Source of the DNA: Anaerolineae bacterium
Lineage (GTDB): Bacteria; Chloroflexota; Anaerolineae; Aggregatilineales; Phototrophicaceae
Assembly (NCBI GenBank): GCA_041916315.1
Contig: JAYRZU010000112.1
Coordinates: 67,612 to 131,611, forward strand
DNA length: 64,000 nt
Reading direction: 5' to 3'
Position 1 is the first letter of the stretch; each line of letters starts with the position of its first letter. The position numbers were made by a program, and so were the translations under genes. Of this stretch, positions 55,916 through 64,000 are shown in pieces. The notes under the pieces were generated by a model. It was given only the letters and a program-made list of their open reading frames with translations, did no database searches and was not told where the DNA came from.

Positions 55916-58366
55916 ATGACTCACCTGTTTGTCAGCCATGCCACCGCCGATGATACCGTCGTCACCCGCATTCACGACCTGCTCGAAAGCGCGGGCGTGA
56001 ACACGTGGGTGGATCACAAGGACATTCACGCTCCAATGGATTGGGAAACCGCCATTCAGGAGGCACTGAATACCTGTACGGCGGGCTTGTACGTGCTCTC
56101 ACCGCGCTCGGCCAACCGTGATGAGATTCGCCCGGAAATCCGCACGCTGCTAGCGCTAAACAAACCGCTATACGTCGCGCTGATCGAGCACATGCCGCCG
56201 CACCAGTTCCCTTACCGCCTGCGCACCATTCAGTACGTCGATCTATCTAAAGATTTCGCCGCGGGCATGGCCACGTTAATCTCGGCTGTGCAGGGTGGGC
56301 GACCGATCAGCGCTGATGCGCCACATATCCTACGCGAGTTTCACCTGACGGGGACGATTTCGCCCGAACTCCACATCCCCATGAGCGGACGCGACGCCGA
56401 TCTCGACGCCGTGCTGAAGCATCTGGCGGGCGGCTACGTAACGAGCATCCTCGGCGTGGGTGGTCTAGGCAAGTCACGCCTCGCCGCCGAAGTCGTGCTG
56501 CGTGACGAGTGGGCGGAGGGCGCGGTGTGGTATGTGGCGAGCGATTACTCGACTGCCGAGGATGCTCTGGCGCTGCTCCGCGAGCACCTCGCGCTGCCAG
56601 CGACTGCGAACCGCGCTGACGTGCTCCACGCCGTACGCGCGAAGAAGACGCTCCTCGTGATCGATAACGCGGAGTCGGTGACAGACGTCCGTTTGCCGGA
56701 CTATGTCAAGCTGGTCAACGATCTGAAAGCGCATAACGCCCGCGTATTGATCACCGGGCGTGTGGAGTGGGATGGGATTAAGCTGGGGCGCGAACACCAC
56801 ACGCAAACACTGGAAGTAAGCGCCGCGCGCCAGGTGGTGCTGGATATGCGCGACGCGTTGGGCGTGCCTGACGACCTGACCGCGCACGCCGAGCGGATCG
56901 CCATTGCGGCGCGGCAGCACCCGCGCCTCATCGAGTGGTCGGTGCGCAAAATGAAGAAGTTCCCACCGGAGAAGGTCATCCGCGAGCTGGAGACGTTCAA
57001 AGGCAAGGACGTGCAGACCGCGCTCGACGGCATGATTCGCCAGACGGTGGAGCAAATGACCGCGCAGCATGGCGACGATTACGTGGTAGCGCTGCGGCAG
57101 TTATGCGTGTTCCGCGGAGGCTTCACCTACCGGGCGGCGGGCGTGGTGCTCGGGTTGGTTATTGGAGCACAGCCGAGCGATCAGCCAACGCGGGTCGAAC
57201 GCTTTCGGGCCATGGTGAGTTTCCTGCGAAATGTGGGCCAACTAGACGACGAGGTGCTGGAGGATCGACTGACAGTACTGCAAGCGTGGCAGTTTGTGAC
57301 CTATGCTGACGAGCGATACACGGTCAACTCACTGGTCCTAGCTGTGGTCGGAGAGGACGCAACCTCGCACCAGCCGCATTACGACTATTTCGTTGCGTTA
57401 GCGCGGATCCATGAGGAAATGCAAGATTATGCCTCTCTAGATATTGAGTCGGACAACCTAACTGCAACCTTCGAATGGGCTTTGGGAAAAGATGCTGAAT
57501 ATGCTTTGTGGCTAGCTCTCCAATCGTATGATTTTGCTGCCAACCGGGGACGTTTTCGCCAGAATCTCGACTGGTTTGGACGTTTGATGAATCCATTGGC
57601 AGGTTACTCGAATGATATAAGGTCTATAGCTCTGAACCGACTAGGTACAGCATATGGAGATCTGAGCAAGGTTGAAGACAGAGAGATCAATTTGCGTAGG
57701 GCTATTTATGCTTATGAGGATGCCCTTAGGTACATACCCTCGGAAAAGGGATTTTCAAGCTACGCCATTATTCAGAACAACTTGGGCGTAAGTTATAACG
57801 ATCTAGCAGATACTGTGGATAGAGAAAATAACCTACGACGAGCGATTCAAGCTTACAACGAAGCCATTAAGTACTGGGAAACAGCGAAGAATCCCCTCAA
57901 CTATGCTTTGACAAAAAGCAATCTTGGTAATACATATCGAGAACTAGCCCAAATTGAGGACCAAGAACTTAATTTGAGACGTGCAATACAAGCTTATACA
58001 GATGTGCTAAAGCTAGTCGATCCTTCTATGCCCCTTGACTATGCTACGATCAAAAACAACTTGGGTGGCGTGTATTGGGATTTGGCAAAAATCGCCAACC
58101 GAGAGGAGAATTTACTTCTAGCAAAAAGCGCATACACGGAGGCACTCCAATATCGAACAGCTACTGCAGCGCCCTTCGATTTTGCACTCACTCAATACAA
58201 TCTAGGACTCGTTTTGGCTGCATCCAACGATCTAGCAGGTGCATTTGTCTGCTGGCGTGAGGCGGAGAACAAGTTCCGTCGTATTGGAGCGGTCTCTGAC
58301 GCAGACGAAATACTGCGGTGGATTGCCGAAGTAGAATCCAAGCTCAACGCGCCGTCGGAGGAATAG
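55916..58366 (+). CDS. TIR - STAND/NB-ARC-like NTPase - TPR protein
   Basis: LFVSHA, WVD, IQYVDL (TIR); GVGGLGKS Walker A, LLVIDNAE Walker B, ITGR; about five NNLG..Y..L TPR units. Confidence 0.88.
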   Translation: MTHLFVSHATADDTVVTRIHDLLESAGVNTWVDHKDIHAPMDWETAIQEALNTCTAGLYVLSPRSANRDEIRPEIRTLLALNKPLYVALIEHMPPHQFPYRLRTIQYVDLSKDFAAGMATLISAVQGGRPISADAPHILREFHLTGTISPELHIPMSGRDADLDAVLKHLAGGYVTSILGVGGLGKSRLAAEVVLRDEWAEGAVWYVASDYSTAEDALALLREHLALPATANRADVLHAVRAKKTLLVIDNAESVTDVRLPDYVKLVNDLKAHNARVLITGRVEWDGIKLGREHHTQTLEVSAARQVVLDMRDALGVPDDLTAHAERIAIAARQHPRLIEWSVRKMKKFPPEKVIRELETFKGKDVQTALDGMIRQTVEQMTAQHGDDYVVALRQLCVFRGGFTYRAAGVVLGLVIGAQPSDQPTRVERFRAMVSFLRNVGQLDDEVLEDRLTVLQAWQFVTYADERYTVNSLVLAVVGEDATSHQPHYDYFVALARIHEEMQDYASLDIESDNLTATFEWALGKDAEYALWLALQSYDFAANRGRFRQNLDWFGRLMNPLAGYSNDIRSIALNRLGTAYGDLSKVEDREINLRRAIYAYEDALRYIPSEKGFSSYAIIQNNLGVSYNDLADTVDRENNLRRAIQAYNEAIKYWETAKNPLNYALTKSNLGNTYRELAQIEDQELNLRRAIQAYTDVLKLVDPSMPLDYATIKNNLGGVYWDLAKIANREENLLLAKSAYTEALQYRTATAAPFDFALTQYNLGLVLAASNDLAGAFVCWREAENKFRRIGAVSDADEILRWIAEVESKLNAPSEE

Positions 58367-58376
58367 AAACCAAGCC

Positions 58377-58405
58377 TTGACCCTCACGCGACCGTCCGCT
58401 ATACT
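58377..58405 (+). promoter_or_regulatory. sigma70 promoter of tRNA-Phe
   Basis: TTGACC-17bp-TATACT. Confidence 0.75.
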
Positions 58406-58417
58406 CTCTTGCAATGC

Positions 58418-58490
58418 GCCGCGGTAGCTCAGTTGGTAGAGCAACGCACTGAAAATGCGTGGGTCGCCGGTTCAAGTCCGGCTTGCGGCA
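58418..58490 (+). tRNA. tRNA-Phe(GAA)
   Basis: gccgcgg/ttgcggc acceptor, anticodon loop ctgaaaa, ggttcaagtcc. Confidence 0.96.
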
Positions 58491-58495
58491 CAGTC

Positions 58496-58525
58496 AAGAA
58501 CCCCGATTTACCGTCGGGGTTTTTT
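58496..58525 (+). terminator. intrinsic terminator after tRNA-Phe
   Basis: aaccccga-tttaccg-tcggggtttttt. Confidence 0.8.
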
Positions 58526-58648
58526 GTTGCCTGTGTGTGGCCAAGTGTCAGCCCTCCCCTGCAACCTCCTCCCCCAACCCCGTTTCGGATTCGGCGCACA
58601 CCGCGTTACAATCAGCGTGAACAACCTGAGACACAGGAGGTGGTGACC

Positions 58649-59971
58649 ATGCACTTTCCGAACGATTTCGTGTGGGGCGCGGCGACCGCCTCGTATCAGA
58701 TTGAAGGCGGCGCGACCGCTGATGGGCGCGGCCCCAGCATCTGGGATACCTTCTCGCACACCCCCGGCAAAGTCCTCAACGGCGACACAGGCGACGTAGC
58801 CGCCGATCACTATCACCGCTGGCGTGAAGACATCGCCCTGATGAAGACGCTCAACCTCGCCGCCTACCGTTTCTCAATTGCATGGCCGCGCATTCTGCCA
58901 ACCGGACGCGGCAAAGTGAATCAGGCGGGAATCGACTGGTACAGCCGCTTGATCGACGGGCTGCTGGCCGCCAACATCACCCCTTACATCACGCTCTATC
59001 ACTGGGATTTGCCGCAGACGCTGCAAGATGAAGATGGCTGGCTGCGGCGCGGCATCGCCGACGATTTCGCCGAGTACACGGACATCGTCAGCCGCGCGTA
59101 TGGCGACCGCGTCAAGCACTGGATCACGCTCAACGAGCCCGCGGTGGTCGCGTGGCTAGGCTACATGTTCGGCGAACACGCGCCCGGCCTGAAAAGCGAT
59201 GTGCCGACCAACGCGCTGCTCGCCTCACATCACCTGAACCTCGCGCACGCCAACGCGGTGCCGATCATTCGGCAGAATGTGCCCGGCGCGAAAGTCGGCA
59301 TCACGCTCAACCTCACGCCCGCCGACCCGGCGACTGCCAAATCCGCTGACATGGAAGCGGCCACGCGCTACGATGGTTTCAACCGCTGGTATCTCGACCC
59401 GGTGTTTCGCGGCCACTATCCGGCGGATATGGCCGAACTCTATGCGCCCTACATGCCGGAAGTGCGCCCCGGCGATCTTGAACGCACGCGTGCCCCGCTC
59501 GACTTTCTCGGGATCAACAATTACACGCGCATGGTCGTCGCAGATGACCCCGGCAACCCCTTGGGCATCAAGTTTGTACACCCGGATGGCGAATACACGG
59601 CGATGGATTGGGAAGTCGCGCCTAACAGCCTGTTCCAACTGCTGATGCGCGTCCACCGCGAGTACGCGCCGCGCGAAATCCTCATCACGGAGAACGGCTC
59701 GGCGTGGGAAGATGTCGTCACCGAGTCCGGCGAAGTCCACGACGAGCGCCGCGTCGCCTACCTGAATGCCTATCTGGAAGCGTGCCGCCATGCGATTGCG
59801 GATGGCGTGCCGCTCACAGGCTACTTCGCCTGGAGTCTGCTGGATAACTTCGAGTGGGCCTTCGGCTACAGCAAGCGCTTCGGACTCATCCATGTCGATT
59901 ATGCGACGCAGAAGCGCACCATCAAAGACAGCGGCAAGACCTACGCGGCGCTCATCGCGGCACAGAAGTAA
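58649..59971 (+). CDS. GH1 beta-glucosidase
   Basis: F.WGAATASYQIEG, YRFSIAWPR, TLYHWDLP, NEP and TENG catalytic motifs, WSLLDNFEW. Confidence 0.95.
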   Translation: MHFPNDFVWGAATASYQIEGGATADGRGPSIWDTFSHTPGKVLNGDTGDVAADHYHRWREDIALMKTLNLAAYRFSIAWPRILPTGRGKVNQAGIDWYSRLIDGLLAANITPYITLYHWDLPQTLQDEDGWLRRGIADDFAEYTDIVSRAYGDRVKHWITLNEPAVVAWLGYMFGEHAPGLKSDVPTNALLASHHLNLAHANAVPIIRQNVPGAKVGITLNLTPADPATAKSADMEAATRYDGFNRWYLDPVFRGHYPADMAELYAPYMPEVRPGDLERTRAPLDFLGINNYTRMVVADDPGNPLGIKFVHPDGEYTAMDWEVAPNSLFQLLMRVHREYAPREILITENGSAWEDVVTESGEVHDERRVAYLNAYLEACRHAIADGVPLTGYFAWSLLDNFEWAFGYSKRFGLIHVDYATQKRTIKDSGKTYAALIAAQK

Positions 59972-60048
59972 CCCGGGTCCCACCCCGAATGCACGGAGGG
60001 CAGCTGTCTCCCCTCCGTGCATCAGATCATTCGTAGGGACGCGATTTA

Positions 60049-60234
60049 GAGGGTGGCTAAAAAGCCCCTCACCCCCAACCCCTCTCCCTGCTTGCGTGGG
60101 AGAGGGGAGGCACAGCGCGTCGGCTGTCTCCCCTCCCTGATTTCGGGGAGGGGCCGGGGGTGGGGTCGGAATCTGACCTTTCTTAACACGCTCATGCTTC
60201 GTCCCTACAGACGACAACCTTATTGGATACTCTC
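60049..60234. mobile_element. composite MITE-like element inserted in a REP apex
   Basis: gtagggacgcgattta|gagggtggctaaaaag ... ttaacacgctc|atgcttcgtccctac ... ttggatactctc|taaatcgcgtccgc. Confidence 0.7.
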
Positions 60235-60408
60235 TAAATCGCGTCCGCTCATTTTTGAAATCGAACCTCATCCTCAACCCCTCGCCCTTGGGAGAGGGGA
60301 TTTAGGGGTGAGGTTGAAAGCTGCACCCCGCAGACTCGCCTCTCCACAGCGTCACGATCATCCCCTATAATCGAGAGCGATAGAAATACGCGGATTAGAG
60401 GCGCACCC

Positions 60409-61485
60409 ATGTTAGACAAGCTGGCGGGCATCGAGGCACGGTACGAAGAACTCGAACGGCTGTTGAGCGACCCCGAGGTGATGAACGACTACACCAAGAT
60501 CGCCGAATACAGCAAAGAACGCTCCAATTTGCAGGAGATCGTCGATGCATTCCGCCTATACAAAGGCCAGCTCGATGAGCTGGAAGGCGCGCGCCTCATG
60601 GTCGCCGACGAAACCGACCCTGATCTGCTGGCGATGGCGGGCGAAGAAGTGGCGCAGCTCGAAGCCAGCACCGACAAGCTCTACGAAGAACTGAAAGTGA
60701 TGCTGCTGCCCAAAGATCCCCGCGATGAGAAGAACGTCATCATGGAAATCCGCGCGGGCGCGGGTGGCGATGAATCCGGCCTGTTCGCGGCGGATTTATT
60801 CCGCATGTACAGCTATTATGCGACGGCGCGCAACTGGAAGATCGACGTGATCGACCAGAGTGATACGGGCGTCGGCGGCTTCAAGGAAATCAAGTTTGAG
60901 ATTCGCGGCAAGGGTGCGTTCAGCCGCCTGAAATTTGAGAGCGGCGTGCACCGCGTGCAGCGCGTGCCCGAAACGGAATCGCAGGGGCGCGTGCACACCA
61001 GCACCGTGACCGTCGCCGTGCTCGCGGAGATGGATGAAGTTGACGTGGCGCTCAACATGAATGATGTGCGCGTGGATGTGTATCGCAGCGGCGGCGCGGG
61101 CGGCCAGTCAGTTAACACGACTGACTCGGCGGTGCGCTTCACGCACATCCCCACCGGAATTGTCGTCGCCGTGCAGGACGAACGCAGCCAGTTGCAGAAC
61201 AAAGAAAAGGCCAAGGCCATCCTCATCGCGCGCTTGTACGAGATCGAGATCGAAAAGCAGCGCAGCGCGCAGGAAAACGAACGGCGGAGTCAGGTGGGCA
61301 CGGGCGACCGCTCGGAGAAGATCCGCACGTACAACTACCCGCAGAACCGCGTGACCGATCACCGCATCAACCTGACCAGCTACAACCTCCCGGCGGTCAT
61401 GGAAGGCGGTATCGACGAATTCATTGACGAGCTGATCACGCGCGATCAGGCGGAAAAGCTGGCAGCGGGCGAAAGCATCGCTTAG
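60409..61485 (+). CDS. prfA: peptide chain release factor 1
   Basis: PET (PxT) specificity motif, GAGGQ, SEKIRTYNYPQNR. Confidence 0.97.
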   Translation: MLDKLAGIEARYEELERLLSDPEVMNDYTKIAEYSKERSNLQEIVDAFRLYKGQLDELEGARLMVADETDPDLLAMAGEEVAQLEASTDKLYEELKVMLLPKDPRDEKNVIMEIRAGAGGDESGLFAADLFRMYSYYATARNWKIDVIDQSDTGVGGFKEIKFEIRGKGAFSRLKFESGVHRVQRVPETESQGRVHTSTVTVAVLAEMDEVDVALNMNDVRVDVYRSGGAGGQSVNTTDSAVRFTHIPTGIVVAVQDERSQLQNKEKAKAILIARLYEIEIEKQRSAQENERRSQVGTGDRSEKIRTYNYPQNRVTDHRINLTSYNLPAVMEGGIDEFIDELITRDQAEKLAAGESIA

Positions 61486-61606
61486 AGCGAGGACTGAGGG
61501 CAAAGGACTGAGGATTAAGCAAGTCCCCAGTCCCATTCATCTACAGGCAGCCGGATTTAGCGTCAAGTCTTAAAGTGCAGAGATGCCCGGCTCAGTCCTC
61601 AGTCCG
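61486..61606. repeat. heptamer repeats (AGGACTG / CTCAGTC) in inverted arrangement
   Basis: gaggactgagggcaaaggactgagg ... agtccccagtccc ... ctcagtcctcagtcc. Confidence 0.65.
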
Positions 61607-62939
61607 ATTGTGCTTCGATCCACTCGGCGATGGCGGTGATCACGCCGCCGTCTACATGACCGGGGATCTGGTATTCGGCGGGGTTGGGCGCATCCTCACC
61701 GGGCATCAGCAGGTGATTCAGCGTGGGGAACGTCTCGAAAGTCACGTCCTCCCGCTCGCCTAAACCGGCCTGCCACTGCGTCAGATCGTCCGCGACGGTC
61801 ACCTGATAATCGCGTTCCCCTTGAATGAACAGCATCGGCACGTCGAGTTCTGCCGCCGTCGCTACCGGATCGTAGCCCTGCAAGTTGAGCCAGTAGGCCG
61901 GGTACGCGCCGAGCAGCACGGTCGGATCGTCAGCATCCTCTTCGGTTAGCGTGTCGATCGCATTGGCCACATTCCCGATCAGGCTCATCAATACGGGGTC
62001 GACTGCACCACTCAACGAGAACATATACTGATACTGATCCACTAACGCCTCTTGGAGTGAACGCACATTGCCCGCGAGGACGATCAAACCAGCAATATCC
62101 GAATCAGCCGTGGCGATGCGCGGTAGGATGTAGCCGCCGAGGCTGTGCCCCGCGATGTAAATGCGTTCCGGGTCAATGCCGTCGGTGCTGCGCAGCAGTT
62201 CCAGCGCCGCCAGCGTATCTTCGGTGTATTCCTGATCGATGGTGAAATTCACCAGATCAAGATTACGCCCATGTACAAACGTCCGCTCATCGAAGCGCAG
62301 CACCGCGATCCCTTGTGTTGCCAATCCCCACGCCAGATCACGGAATGGTTTGTTCACTGAGACTGTCTCGTCGCGATCCGTTGAGCCCGAACCCGACAGC
62401 AAAATCACCGCCGGGAAGGGTCCTGCTCCGTTCGGCAGTGAGAGCGTCCCCGGCAGCGGAAAGTCACCACCTTCGTTGATCGTCACGTCGATTTCGGTAA
62501 AGGCGTCCTCGTCGGCATAGGGCGGTGGTTCAAAGGTTGGTGCTTCAGGCGCAGCATACGTGCCCTGCACGAAGTACAAGCCGCTGATCTTACCCGCCGT
62601 GTCGAATGTCAGCCGCAGATCGAGCTGGAAGAGCTCAAATTCGAGCTGCAAAACGCCCGTGTTGGTCTCCGCCTCATAGCGCGTTCCCAGCAGGCTTTGA
62701 TACGCGCCCACCTGCCCGAGAATTTGCCCCCACGCCTCTTCCAATTGATCGGCGGAGAAGGCCGCCTGGACTTCGGGGCTGAATTGATCAAATACGCCAG
62801 CGTAATCGCCGTTCAGAAGCAAATCAAGCACCGCCTGAGCTTGGGTGACAACCGGTTCTTCGGTCGCATCCTGCGCGAACGCCCCGAAGGGCAGCCCCAA
62901 CAGCAGCAGCGCCAGTGTCACCACGATAAGCCGTTTCAT
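61599..62939 (-). CDS. secreted alpha/beta hydrolase with N-terminal DUF3887-like domain
   Basis: Signal peptide; GSG..DRDE, GHSLGG, QGERDYQV, LNHL. Confidence 0.88.
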   Translation of the reverse strand: MKRLIVVTLALLLLGLPFGAFAQDATEEPVVTQAQAVLDLLLNGDYAGVFDQFSPEVQAAFSADQLEEAWGQILGQVGAYQSLLGTRYEAETNTGVLQLEFELFQLDLRLTFDTAGKISGLYFVQGTYAAPEAPTFEPPPYADEDAFTEIDVTINEGGDFPLPGTLSLPNGAGPFPAVILLSGSGSTDRDETVSVNKPFRDLAWGLATQGIAVLRFDERTFVHGRNLDLVNFTIDQEYTEDTLAALELLRSTDGIDPERIYIAGHSLGGYILPRIATADSDIAGLIVLAGNVRSLQEALVDQYQYMFSLSGAVDPVLMSLIGNVANAIDTLTEEDADDPTVLLGAYPAYWLNLQGYDPVATAAELDVPMLFIQGERDYQVTVADDLTQWQAGLGEREDVTFETFPTLNHLLMPGEDAPNPAEYQIPGHVDGGVITAIAEWIEAQSD

Positions 62940-63059
62940 AAGTCCTCCTAGAATGTCTTTGCATCCCGCAAAGGCCTAAAACAAAAACGCACCGTCATTA
63001 TAGCGGTGCGCTTCTGTAGATGGGCGGGTTTTCGCCCGGATTTGACAAATTATTGACCT

Positions 63060-63220
63060 ACCTCACCCCGTTTACTTGCGCTCAACCCCCTTTGCAAGGC
63101 GCACTTTTGCGTGTCCGCAGGTTGTTCTTACTCAAGTAAAGGACGAGGCATGCCTCGTCCCTACAGAAGTGTTTTCTCTGTCTCCCCTCCCTGAATTCGG
63201 GGAGGGGATGGGGGTGGGGT
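63060..63220. repeat. REP and CCCC/GGGG repeat cluster
   Basis: ggacgaggcatgcctcgtccctac; cccctccctgaattcggggaggggatgggggtggggt. Confidence 0.75.
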
Positions 63221-63229
63221 CGACGCGGA

Positions 63230-64000
<771 letters not shown>

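Noticed and set aside
55916-58490. Integrative island at tRNA-Phe
   Set aside because: No integrase and no duplicated tRNA 3' end found; the AT-rich DNA lies 5' of the tRNA inside a CDS.
58409-58648. N-terminal extension of the GH1 ORF
   Set aside because: It overlaps tRNA-Phe and its terminator; the real start is ATG 58649 after AGGAGG.
62940-63060. Riboswitch upstream of the secreted hydrolase
   Set aside because: Several hairpins, including a terminator-like one on the minus strand, but no recognisable aptamer consensus.

Overview
GC-rich bacterial chromosomal window. Gene content and protein style suggest Chloroflexota, probably Anaerolineae (inference). The core genes are murJ, oppABC, a CIRCE-regulated groES-groEL, dnaN, apgM, the tRNA(Thr,Tyr,Thr)-rpmG-tRNA(Trp)-secE-nusG-rplK-rplA cluster, rpsB-tsf-pyrH, yceD plus a sigma-70 gene, tRNA-Phe, prfA and a partial sdhB. 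Accessory genes include GNATs, hydrolases, glycosyltransferases, two TIR-domain proteins and an HNH nuclease in front of a tRNA. No transposase, integrase, CRISPR array or rRNA gene was seen. Most notable observations: (1) intergenic space is crowded with GTAGGG-type REP hairpins and CCCTCACCCC/GGGAGAGGGG hairpin repeats, and several MITE-like elements with GAG...CTC inverted ends sit at REP hairpin apices, one of them nested; (2) a tandem array of four paralogous two-TM proteins with conserved ends and a variable membrane segment, plus a fifth divergent copy; (3) a secreted protein whose C-terminus is built from DUF1559/prepilin-like motifs (DGTSNT twice, IIAILIG); (4) a TIR-STAND-TPR gene whose TPR half is abruptly AT-rich; (5) heptamer-repeat hairpins directly after stop codons; (6) an AT-richer HNH gene between a promoter and tRNA-Thr with a possible duplicated tRNA 5' end. 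All family assignments come from motif recognition by eye, not from database searches.
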